This document shows, in pieces, positions 26,857 to 39,439 of a DNA stretch of 64,000 bases. Every line of letters begins with the position of its first letter. The stretch's first letter is position 1. Source of the stretch: Eledone cirrhosa (lineage: Eukaryota); contig OZ024742.1 in NCBI GenBank assembly GCA_964016885.1, positions 271,808,001-271,872,000 of the forward strand. Reading direction: 5' to 3'. The position numbers and the translations under genes are program-made. The notes beneath the pieces were generated by a model. That model did no database searches. It was not told the origin of the DNA and saw only the letters and a list, made by a program, of their open reading frames with translations.

Positions 26857-28229
26857 AGGGAAAAAGACGCACGTGGTGGATAGAAGGTCACGAAATCGCT
26901 CACGTAAGCTTTTGATTTTTAACATATTTAAATCAATTGTGAAATAACAATTCTTAGTACAAATGATACATAAAGCACCAGACTCAAGTCTCAGAAAAAT
27001 TTCGATCCATAATATATTGTTATATCGCTCAAATATTCAATTTTATATTATACATTTTATATTCAAAAAAGAAAACGGTTATAAATGGACGAAAACCTCC
27101 TCTGTCTACACTATATAGAACAGCCAAATAACAGCAATTTCACCAACACCACAAACTAGATACACCACCTATCCCATCACTCCTCTGTGTACACTAAATA
27201 CAACAGCCAGATAACGGCAATTTCACCACCACCACCACCAAACCCAGCATAATAATTATAATTACTATTATTATTGTCTCAAGTTTTCACAAAATGTTTA
27301 AATCCAATATTAAGAAAATATGTCAACACATATATTAAAGATACGCGACTAACCGCATAGATTCACCGACCCAACAAACTACAGTCTATTCAACAAAACT
27401 CACTAACGACAACGCCATCACTATAGTCACCGCCGCCACCACTCCATCCATCATTGCTACCACTATCCCATCACCGCCGCCACCACTCCTTCATTGCTAC
27501 CACCGCTATTCCCCCATTACCTTCTGTTAACTTACGAAGGGGAAAGGTGGCGATACCACTATACAATATTAATAAACAATATTAATATTTAATTTTGGAT
27601 CAGGAATGTTGGAGTCGAAAGGAGGAAAATGACAAAATGACTAAATAGCTAAATAGCTAAATATAATTTCACCACCAACACCACCACCACTACCACGCTA
27701 AAAACTCTGGTCAAGTTGCCTCAACCTCTATTTCTACTTCAACTTCAACACCATAACTACAGTACTACGATCACATCACCACCACCACTGCCTCATTATC
27801 GCTACCGTCGCTATTCTCTCCCACTACCTCCTGATAGGTACTACTAGCACAGCCCCACCACCAACACCACCACCACCACTGTCTCATTATCACTACCGCC
27901 GCTATTCTCTCCCACTACCTCCTGCTAAATCGTAGTGTCCGCACTAAAAGAGGAAGGCATCAAAATATATAAATAGACTGAATTGATGACCCGGTCAAAA
28001 TAAAAAATAAAAATAAAAATCAAAGCAGCACAGCAACAACAAAAAACGTAAAGAAAAGAAAAATGAAGAGAAGAACAAACAGACGGACAGAGAAGGGAAC
28101 GGAAAAACTAAGTCAGACATTCAAACATTACATTACAATGAAACTTATGCTTATTCATTTTTGGGTTATTTGAGCTTGTTTATTTGTTTGTTTATTTATG
28201 TTCGTCTACAGCGTGATAATGCCACACAA

Positions 28230-31200
28230 AAATCACCGCGAGTGACGAAATCATCGGAGGTGGTGAAATCACCGGTGGTTATGTAACCATACATTCGCCA
28301 ATCCTCGATAAGAGTGTTTAAATGTCGAACCTAAACAGTTCGAATAATGGTAAAGTGGAGACTAGAATGTCATGTGACAGCCTCTCACCCAACAGGTGCT
28401 TCCTGGCTCAGCAGCAGGGACCTAGTTGTCAACCAAATACTGCTGGTGTCGGAGGATGAAGAAGAAGGAAAGGGACCAGAACCAACTGGACAAAAGAATT
28501 GAATATAACTGTTATGCAATGTTACCTGAAGAGTAACCCCGAGGAGAAAGGCTATAGGAAACGGATGCATAACATCTGGAACGAGATTGGTCTATTTAAA
28601 TTAGATGAACAAAATTGGCCGGGCAGGCTCGGGTAATAAGAACTAATGGGTGGATAAGCGAGCTGGAATGGAGGAACTGAGCAGAGAGATTAGCTTGGAA
28701 ATGGAGAGTGGAGCGTGCAAGGCACACGAGCCAGTGGGAAATGAAGGAGAAGAGGTCGAGAGAACGGAGAAACCATCCGAAGCAGACAATGATCTGAATG
28801 CTGAAATAAATAATACCCGGAACAGAGATACGGCCACTGAGGAGATGAATGCTGACGGGCTAGGAGAAGATTTGGTTGATATCCTAAACTTTGTGGTAGA
28901 TGAATTGAATAATGATAGTGGGAAACCTATGAACCTAAGATTTGTAGACAGGAAAAAGTTAAAACAAACAACAGCTAAGGTAAACAAAGTCATCCCATAC
29001 CTTGAGGCGAGGAGCCTTCATCAGTGCAACAATATCCTCAAAGCAACAGCAAATACGGTGAGGAAATTACTTGGTATAAAAGCGAGAGGAAACAACAAAC
29101 AAGAAAGATCAGAGCCTTGGTGGAAGAAACGACTGAGTGGTCCAATCAGGGAAATGAGAAATGACGTTGGAAAGCTTGAGTCCCTACTGAATGGGACACT
29201 AAAAAACATAGACACTCAAAATAGACTGGAAATAAAGTACAAAACTCGGAGGAAAAAGCTAAATATTATCATAGAGGAACTGAAGCAACGCATTGTAGCA
29301 AAGAGTGCAAAGATCAGGCGATACGAGAACAGAGTCAGTCAGTATAGACAGAACCGCATGTTTGACAACAACCAGAAGATGCTGTTTGGACAGCTTGAAG
29401 GGAAAGAAAGAGGCAACGACTTGATTCCTGAGGCGGAACAAACTGAAACATTCTGGAGAGGAATATGGGAGCAGGATGTTAAACATAATGACGAGGCACT
29501 GTGGATTGAGACAATACAGAAGGAGATTAGTGAACAGACACACTAACAAACTGATTTGAGTATCACAGTTGAAACTCTTAAGGGGCAGGCCAAAAAACTA
29601 ACCAACTGGAAATCACCAGGCCCAGATGGTGTGCAGGGGTATTGGATTAAACATATAACATCCCTCCACCCGAAACTGACAACCATGTTCAATGACTGCT
29701 TGATGTCAGGTGAGGTACCAGAGTGGTTGACAAAAGGTACCACAGTTCTGATAATGAAAGACCCAATCATGTTTGTCCTTAATGTGGAAACTGTTGACAA
29801 GCATTATGTCTGAAGAAATCTGCCATCACCTCCACACAAACAACTTGTTACCGGAAGAACATAAAGGATGCCTAAAGAAGTCACGTGGTACGAAACAGTT
29901 ACTACTTGATAAGATGGTAATGAGGAATTGCAAGAGGAGACACACTGGTCTTGCCATGGGATGGATAGACTACAAAAAGGCATTTGACATGGTGCCTCAT
30001 TCTTGTATCACCAAAAGCCTAGAGATCTTCAAGGTGGCAAATAACATCAGACAGTTGTTGGGCAAAAGTATGAAGTCCTGGGAAACAGAGTTAACATAAA
30101 CTGGAGAATCCTTGGGAAGCGTGATGATCAAGAGAGGTATCTTCCAGGGAGATAGTCTGTCCCCTATGTTGCTTGTCCTTTCCCTGATGCCCCTGACCAG
30201 TATACTGCGAAAAGTGAAAGCAAAGTACAGGTTGTGAAAGGGAGGGCTTACCATCAATCACCACCTCTTCTTGGACGATCTTAAGCTCTTCGGGAAGTGT
30301 GAGAAGGAGTTGGATGTGCTTGTTGACACTGTCCGTATTTTCAGCAATGATATATGTATGCAATTTGGTATTAGTAAGTGTGGAGTCCTTGTGATGAAGA
30401 GGGGTAATTGAGCAGAAGTAACGGAATCCAGGTACCAGCAGGTGAGATGATAAAGGAAATTGACACTGAAGAAGGATACAATTATTTGGGTGTTCTGGAG
30501 GCTGATGATATCAAGAACAAAAAAATGAAGGAATTGATAAGAACTGAATAAATTCGGAGAGTAAGGAGCGTATTAAAATCAGATCTGAACAGTAGGAATG
30601 CCATAAGTGCAGTAAATTCCCGAGCTGTGTCTATTATTAGGTACAGTGCGGGAATTCTGAGATGGAATGTTGCTGAACAAAAATAAATGGATAGGAAGAG
30701 TAGGAAGCTATTGACTATCTACATGTTCCACGAGAAGTGAGATGTCGATAGACTCTACTTAAGGAGATCTGAAGGTGGAAGAGGCCTTATCAGCATAGAG
30801 GACTGTGTTCAGATGGAGAAAAACAACCTAGACAAATACGTGACTGATAGTAAGGAGCCAATGCTCAGAACTGTACTGAAGGAGAGGACAATGGACCAGG
30901 GGATGTCGAAGGAGGAAATAACATCAAGGAGAAAGAGCAGCCTTCAGGTAAAATCCCTTCATAGTACCATGTTTGAGAAAACTGAATTCAGAGATCCACA
31001 GACATGGAACTGGTTGACAAGAGGAGACCTTAAAAAAGCTACAGAAGGAATGTTAAATGGCTGCGCAAGAGCAGTCCCTCAAAACGAAGTGGTTGAAACA
31101 CCATATTTACAAGGAGGAGGCTAGCCCACTGTCCAGGATCTGTGGAGAGAGAGAGGAGACTATGGCTCACATTGTATCCGAATGTAAACACCAAGCCGAG

Positions 31201-31705
31201 ACTCACTATAAGGGCTGGAGACATGATGTGATGGGCAGGGTGATCCACTGGCACCTATGCACTGGCACCTATACAGACGGCAAGAAACTGGAACACAATA
31301 GACCTGACCTGGTGGTTGTGGACAAAGAAAAAAGTTCGGGCCTGATTGTGGATGTGGCCTGCCCATTCAAGAAGAGAGTGCAAGAGAAGGAGAGGGACAA
31401 AATTAACCGATACCAGGAATTAAAGTGGGAGGTAAAAAGAATTTGGAACTGCCATGAAGTCAAAGTGGTCCCGATTGTCATAGGCGCATTAGGTACTATC
31501 TCAAAAAGTTTCTTGGGATGGTTAAAGAAAATTGGCCCCTTCACGCTTTTTGGAACGCTTCGAAAGGCATGCTTGCTGGGAACAGCAATAACCCTCCGAT
31601 ACGTCCTGAATATTTGAGGGTGCAGGGAGTGGCTTGATATTCATTTCAACAAACTTTCCAGTTAAGTAACATCAATGACTGAGACTCAAAGAATAATAAT
31701 AATAA
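28230..31705 (+). mobile_element. Near full-length R4/Dong-like retrotransposon (second family), degenerate
   Basis: N-terminal [56 protein letters not shown], ends LRYVLNI at 31617, then 3' UTR and (AAT)n. Confidence 0.92.
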
Positions 31706-34700
31706 TTATTTCTTTATTAACCACAAGGGTTACAATAAAGTAGACATTAAGGACAATGCAGGATAATACAGGACGGTACAAATGGGCATTTTTGCGTGTA
31801 AAAAACAAAAAACAGAGGATGTAACAAAAAATGATTTTCCTTTTCAAATGAAATTTGAAAAAGTCAATCAGGGCATCACCGAAGATGTAAGTGCTCTTCT
31901 TCAGGCCTTTCAAACGTGTCCACCATACTATCTCTTTCGCCATGGCCACCAGACAGATAAAAACTGCCTGCCCTTCCCGGCTAAAGGGGGAGGGCGGGGC
32001 AATCCTCGAGATGGACTAAGATGATAGCCGGATCCGTCCTACACGCGACAGCAGGTGTTCGACATAAACCCACAAGTCAGCAATTTTCGGACACTGGACG
32101 AGTGCCTGCAGGACGGTTCCGTCGCCCTGCGCGAATCTCGGGCATGCCCGGCTGACGGCACCTCCATGCCTGTAGATTTTATCCCGAACTGGCAAGGCTC
32201 CTCGGTAGCACTGTCAGGCCAGAGATTTCTGGAAGTTGTCCATAGGCCCCGGCCCGAAAGTTCTTCCGAAGAGATTGGCTAGCTGATTTTCGTCGACGCC
32301 TAGTTTCCCCAAGTACGTCGTCGCTCTTCCCCTCCACTAATCCTCTATGGAACGCCGAGGTGGAGTTTCCACCGATCACATTGCCCGATTGGGCGAGTGT
32401 TGTGAGCGCCTGAAGACATTCCAGTCTCCAAGCGCTCCCTCTCGGTCTTCGCTTGAGCCAGGACTGCAGCTCCGTCAAGGAAAGGAGCTGGGGAAATACG
32501 TGTCTAGCAAACGGCGACCACACCTGATCACCGTCGAGGAAGAGGTGGAGATGTCGTAGCCTCAGCGCGTGTCTGCACATCATCAGCCACGGCATGCCCA
32601 GCCCTCCACGTAGCGGGTGTTGACAGCAGATGGAACGCCTGATAATCGGAGCGCCTCCCTTCCACAAAAAGCGAAAGAGCAAACGCTCCAGCGCAGTCAG
32701 GCGGAGCTTAGGACAAGGTACGACGGTCAGGCGGTAGTAGATGACAGACGCGATGTACGCGTTAGCCACCTCCGCTCGACCTTTCAGGGATAGCTTCCTC
32801 TCCGCCCATTTCTGTGTGAGAGAAGCCACCCTGCTCGTGACCTCGTCCCAGTTTTTGTCAGTCTGGAGGTCCGGACCGAACCAGACCCCTAGCAATTTAA
32901 CCGGTCCTTGCGTCCAGCGTCCGACGACGCTGTTGGACTGCAGGAACCTGCCTCTCCAGGTGCCGAGCTGCAGGCCCACTGACTTTTCCTGGTTGATCAT
33001 TGCTCCTGTCACCGCTTCGTATTCACTTAGTGTAGTGCCGATCGCCTCGATGTGTTTAGCGTTCGACACCACTACGGTGACATCGTCCGCATATGCTGAC
33101 ACAGATCTTCCGCATCCTAGTTCGCGCAGGACGCCCCTCAACGTCTCCAGTTTGTGCAGTAATGGCTTGAGAGTCAATACGTACAGGAGGGACGAGAGGG
33201 GACATCCTGGCGGACCGAGCGCATGATGTTGAACGGTTCCGAAAGGTGACCGTTCACTCTCACCACAGAGCAGATGTCGATGTGCATGGCAGCGAACCAG
33301 CCTCTGAAGACGGGCCCAAAGGCAGCCGCTCTCAGGACTGCCGATATGTAAAGATGGTCGACCCTATCGAAAGCTTTCGACTGATCTAAATTGATCAAAG
33401 ACCCACCCGTGCCAAGTTCCGCAGCTACCCTCTCTACGATGTATCGCATAAGGTGGAGGTTGTCGTGGATGGATCTGTTGGGAATGGCGTATGTCTGCGC
33501 CTCTCCCACCAGACCACCAACGACAAGCGCCAACATTTTGCTAGCACCTTGGCCAAAATCTTGAACTCTGTGTTTAGCAGAGTTACGTGCCTGAAATTAT
33601 CTGTGTTATCCCCCTTGTTCGGATGCTTTCTCAGCAGTGCCACCGCTCCTCGTCTCTCAGAGCTGGGAATTATTCTGTTCTGTTGCCAGTTGCAGTAGAC
33701 GTCCGCCAAGAGGCCCCCGAACAAGTCTGGCATCTGTACGTAAAGTTCATAGGGCAGACCATCCATACCAGGCGATTTAACCCTTGTGCAGCCAGTCATT
33801 GCCTCCGGTACTTCAGCGGCTGTTATTGGCTTTTCGCAACACTCCGCCTCAGAGGCCGAGAGCCGCGGCTGTCCGTCGAGGTAGATACTAAAGACCATCC
33901 CTCGAACCGGCCCACCGCTGCCCCCGAACAGCTGAGCGAAGTGTTGCTGAAAAGCTTCACACATTTGCGCAGGATCGAGGAGCATGCGCCCGTCGTGGTC
34001 CACCAAAGACCGGATCGTGGCTTTGTTGCCAGGACGCGCCTCCCCACTCGGGCACATTGAACGGCTTTCGTCCCCACGTGTCTGAGAGCACGCACCCTAG
34101 CTCTGACAACACAGCCTTCGTGCTTTGCATTGAATAATTGGTCAAGGGCCAATTTCGCCGCAAGTACGTCGGTCACGATGCTTTTGCTAAGCGCCTCGTC
34201 TAATTTTCTAATTAGTTCTCCCTCTGCTCTATTTTTCTCTATTGCTAAAGCCTTACTAAACCTAATGGATTCTCTTCTAATCGCTCTTTTCAGAGCAAAC
34301 CCCCGTCAACGCCCGCTTAACTGGTTCCTTAATCCGGTCTCTGTAGGCCTTGCGCGCTAGTAAGGACGCGTTTAGCTTCCAGTAGCCGGCTTCTCATCTA
34401 TGAAGCTTATCTAAGTCGAGCCCACAGATTACGAATTTGTGGTCCGTGTAGCTGACTATCTTGAATTGTGGACAACCTATGCTAGACCTATCTATTTTTC
34501 TACAAAATACTCTATCTAGATATGATCTGGATGACCCTATGCGATTTGTCCAAGACCACATTGGCACATTCGGGAAATCTATTCGGTACCTGTCAGACAG
34601 TTCAAAACGCCTGAACAGGTTGGTGAGGCTCTTGCACCCTCCTTCACTCTCGGCTAATCCCAAACAGTCCCTGCGTTCATCTAAGATCCCGTTCCAGTCG

Positions 34701-37298
34701 CCCATTAACACTAAAGAGCGGGACGTTCCAAGAAAGGTCTCCAGACGCCGGAAGAAATCAGGCTGCCCTGCTCCTGTCGGGGCATAGACGGCCACTAGCC
34801 TGAAATCTTGCCCGTCTCCGCTGGTCACGTCTAGCACCACCAACTTACCTTCTGGGTCCAGGAAGATGGCCCGTATGGCGAGAATCAAACCTCTCCGAAA
34901 AAACACAGCAACTCCAACCTCCGATCCCGAACGGCTGGGAGATGTGTACACATAGTAGCCGCCGAAGTTCGGTGCGAAGGCTCGTGCTTCGGAGATTCTG
35001 GTCTCTCTGATGGCCACTACATCTATGTTTAGTGACCTGAGGTCGTTGAGCAGGTGGTCCTGCTTCCATGACGACCCCAAGCCACGCGCATTTATGTTGT
35101 CTATTCTGAGTGAGGTCATGTTGAAATGGAGTGGCAAAGATGGGAAAGACCACTTACGTTACTTCTCGTAGAGGAAGGATTGTTTGTCCATCCTTTTCAC
35201 TGCTTGTGGCCTCCTACGGAAGGATGTCCTTATAAATCCTCCTGGAGAATGTTTGTCGGAAGTCTCCGATATCTTTGGGGAATTTTTGTTTTAGTGTCGT
35301 GTATGTTTTCTGTGTGATGCGAGTGATTTGAAGGTGTGGAGGTGGTGTGAATTTTGGGTTGTTGAGTAGTTATTTTCTGTGATGCTGGTGTTGTGTTGCA
35401 TGTAGTGTAATAATTGGTTGTTGTTCAAATTTAATACTGTGTAGTGTGTATCGTTTTGGTTGTTTTGTTTCTGTTACGCTTTTTGGTGACTTTTGTGGTG
35501 TTGGTGATGGTGGTGTTGGGGTTAATGATGGTGATGGTGTTGGTGTTGGTGTTTGTGGTGATGGGGTTGGTAATGCTGGTGTGGATGGTGGCATATCTGT
35601 CTTAACTTTCTTGTTCGATAATTTATTTGTTTCCCCCTTTTTTTTTTTTTGGAGTGTGAAGGAAGAGAATTTTTTTTTTTGGTATCTTTTTTCTTTTTTC
35701 CTGATACCGTTTCCTACTCCTCGTCGTCACAATTTGTCTCCAGTTGTGATAAGCCGGGAAGTGGAAAATTCCCCACAGGGGTTGGTTTTGGTTGTGGCGT
35801 GGTGGATGGTGTAGGCGCTGGTGCTAGTTCTGGGGCGTTGGGTGGTGGTGGTGTTCGTTTTGTTACTGTTGCTGGGGTTGTTGCTGTTACAGTTGCTTCT
35901 GTTGTTGCTGCTACAGTTGTTGCTGCCATTTCTGCTTCTGGTAGTGTTGATGGTTGAGTCACTTGCGTGGGTAAGAGATGTGGTCTCAACCATTTAGCCT
36001 GAGGGCAGAAAGCCCTAGGGTGGGTTCATTCACTACAAACGACACACCTTGGTCTTTTGCCCTCGACGATTACGGTGAGGTAGCTGCAGTCAGTGAGGTC
36101 TATTACCTCTTGGATCTCCTCAATGCTTTTATGGTCCGCTTGGATCAGGAGCTCCATCCCAGATCCGGACCAGTTCTAGTGCATTTCTTTTGCTATTTCT
36201 ATTATTTTGGTGTTGGCCTCGATACCGGCGAGGACAGCAGCCATTAGCCATGGGAACTTCGATGGCCGGTGGAACGTGGGTCACCCTGATCTTCACAAGT
36301 CTCTGGCCACAATAGCTTGGGATGAGTGTGAAGTCGTCACTTCTTAATGGGTCCATGGAGTGTTCTCTGGCCTCCTGTGGTGTTTCAAAGAACACGTCCA
36401 CGATTCCATATTTCTGCCCACGTCTGATGTGGGTTTTCTTTGCCCACACATGTCCCAAAGCTTTTTGGATTTGGGACTCGGATGCCCGTTCCACTCGGCG
36501 CGATTTTATGTTAATTGTCCGATAAGACGGTGCATAGGTGACGTTGCTCCATTTTATTAGGTGTGGGGTGGGTGTAGGGGTGAGGCTGACCCTGTACCCA
36601 TCTTTCTTTACCATTCCTTTGGCTTCTTCTAATGTCTCCTGAGTTACCTGGATCGCTTCGCACGTTACTGCTACTCTGGCAAAACTCAGGGTAGTTTTCT
36701 TAATTTCATTGTTGCTGTTGTTGTTATCGTTATTTTTGCTATTGTTAATTTTAGTTTCAGTTATGGTGGTGGTGGCGTCAGTGGTGTTCGGTGTGGAAGA
36801 GTTCATTTTGGTTGAATTCATTTCGATATCACGAGTTAATTTATTTTTTTCTTTTGATTCTGTTGTCGCTGTGGTGATGGTGGTGGTGATGGTTGTCGCG
36901 GTGGTGGTGGTGGTGGTGGTGGCCACTTTAACACCTGCAGTCATTGGTAATGGCGGGAAATGAACGTCAGCCTGAGACAAATTTAAAATATTGCTACTGC
37001 TTACAATTCCAGTGTTGGCAAACGTAGCAATATTTACAATGGTGGTGTCGGTGTGAGGAAGGAGTGACTCTGAGTCATCCATTATTTTTCAAAGAAAAAA
37101 TGTTGTTTGATAATTATAAAAAAGTTTAAATTTTGGGCTCAAGGCCCCAATATTTTTTAGTATCCTTTTCAGAAATCAATGTATGTGCACTTATATACAG
37201 TTAACAATAAACATTTTCCGTGAATGGCAATTTTAAACAACTGAAAATAACAAACCTTTGCGGAGTTCACGATGTTACGATTTACTACGTAGGTCGCC
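31706..37298 (-). mobile_element. Full-length Tx1-like LINE (ORF1 ~35370-37082 frameshifted; ORF2 ~31830-35119), flanked by (AAT)n
   Basis: ORF2 closely matches 15324-18744; short deletion of the ORF2 end near 31830; (AAT)n at 31692-31705 and 37299-37338. Confidence 0.93.
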
Positions 37299-37339
<41 letters not shown>

Positions 37340-37340
<1 letters not shown>

Positions 37341-37525
37341 GGCGCCGGCGTTCAGCTTCCAGTAACCGGGTCCTTGTCTATGAAGTCTGTCTATGTCGAT
37401 CTCACAGATCACAAATTTGTGGTCCGTGTAGTCGACTATTTTCAATTGTGGACAGCCTATACTAGCCTTAACTAATTCACTGCAGAATAACCTATCTAGA
37501 TTAGATCTGGATGCCCCGATGCGTA
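37340..37525 (-). mobile_element. Tx1-like APE C-terminal fragment
   Basis: SRSNLDRLF..YTDHKFVIC..GPGYWKLN. Confidence 0.8.
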
Positions 37526-38153
37526 ATAAGGGGATGAATAACATCATCGACGCCCATAACGAAGCTCCCCACAAGATTTGAAATAAATAGAAGACCATCG
37601 ACAAAACAATAATTAAAACACTAAGAAAACGAAGTGCAAACATAATGGATGAATACCAAAGAAGCCTACACAAAATAAATTGTGTACACGGATACTCCTT
37701 ATAACATAATTTTCTTCATTAAAATAACGGACCACATGTGTAAATAAAGAAACTGAATATCAGCCGCACCACTACTCAGAATTTTAAATCAAAAGAAAAA
37801 GAAAAACGATATATGTAAGTAACAAACACTATTGATTATATTACACATACATGTATTATTAAACGCAACGAAAAATGTACACAAAACAATCATGCAGATA
37901 TACAGACGTTCGCTCTTTGAACTTAAAGGATAAACTATTTGAAGAAGAGAAACAGTCGTAGATCGGACGACACACGTTGCTTATTTCGAGGGCTAAGTTT
38001 TGTTTAATCTGGTATTCCCTAACACGAAAATTCTTCAAATTATTCACCACTTATCTCTACAAATAATCTGACACTAGTTGAGAGAAGTGCATAAATATTT
38101 GTATATATTTACCCATTACAATCGCTGTTTATATATTATCATTTGAAGAAAAA

Positions 38154-38709
38154 GGGCGGCGGATTGGCGGTATCAGTAGAGGGTCGGACGCCATACTTTC
38201 CAGCATAGTTACGTCCCTTTACGATCTGAGTTCAAATCCCGCCGAGGTTGACTTTGCCTTTCATCCTTATGGGGTCGATAAAATAAAGTACCAGTAATGC
38301 ACTGGGTAATTGCTGGCCTTATGCCTAAAGTAGAGACAATTATTTTAAGAAAAGAATTGTCAGTATCGGTAGAGGGTCAGACGCCATGCTTTCTAGCATA
38401 GTTATGTCCCTTTATGATCTGAGTTCAAATCCCGCCGAGGTTAACTTTGCGTTTCATCCTTACGGGGTCGATAAAATACCAGTAATGTACTGGGTAATTG
38501 CTGGCCTTTTGCCAGAACGTAGAAACAATTATTTGAAGAAAAGGGTCGGACGCCTTGCTTAGCCGCATTGAGTTACGGCCGATGCCATTCTGTGTTCAAA
38601 TCCCGCCGATGTTAACTTTGCCTTTTATCCTCACGGGGTCGATAAAATAAAATTCCAGTAATGTACTGGGTAATTGCTGGCCTTGTGCCAATAGCAGAAA
38701 CAATTATTT
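38154..38709 (+). mobile_element. Three tandem Nin-domain SINE copies (38154-38344, 38357-38533, 38541-38709)
   Basis: Each has the gttcaaatccc B-box, Nin core and agaaacaattatt end; progressively 5'-truncated. Confidence 0.92.
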
Positions 38710-39439
38710 GAAGAAAACAAACTGACATAGACCGGAAAACGCACTGTTTATTTCGGGGGATAAGTTCTATTTAATCAAAAATCCGACTAATTACTATGCA
38801 ATCATCTCTGTGGCTGAAGATGTGAAAGGTGCATATATATTTTTAAATATTTCCCCAACACAATTTTCTTTTTTTACATTTTGTTTGATTGAGGGTAAAT
38901 TTCAGATTTTTAAAGGAAGATGGACAGTGGAAAGATCACTTCTCTCTCCTACCATCGCATCCACAACCACATTCTAACCTGTAAATCCCCAATCTATTTT
39001 TAGACTACTGTCACTGACTGCTACCTACCTCCCTTCTCAGTGTCTAATGTGTGGGTATATATATATGTGTGCCTATACATACGTGTGTATAAGTATGCAC
39101 GTGTGAATGTATATTTATGTATGTGTATGGAGCTCACATAAAGGACAAAACAAAGGGGAGGAAAACAAAATACTAGCACCCCATTTACACCTCAAACTCA
39201 AAATAGACAGAAAATAACATCGGAGAAGCAATTCCTATAAGCTACAATATCACCCAACCCACTACCACTCCCATCATCCCCACCCACAGCATTAATCTCC
39301 CCGCCACCACCACCACCACCACTCACAACACAAGAACAGTTGAGAAATTTCTCGTACACCTCTTACAGCTGCAACCGTAACAATATCACCTCAATCAACA
39401 ACAGCAATAACCATGACTATACTGTTATAATAGTAATAA

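Noticed and set aside
26860-28230. ACC-rich segment with short local duplications
   Set aside because: Low-complexity; no ORF or element ends that I can support
38154-38709. tRNA gene cluster or CRISPR-like array
   Set aside because: Units are SINEs with only A/B-box-like heads, no cloverleaf, and no unique spacers or cas genes
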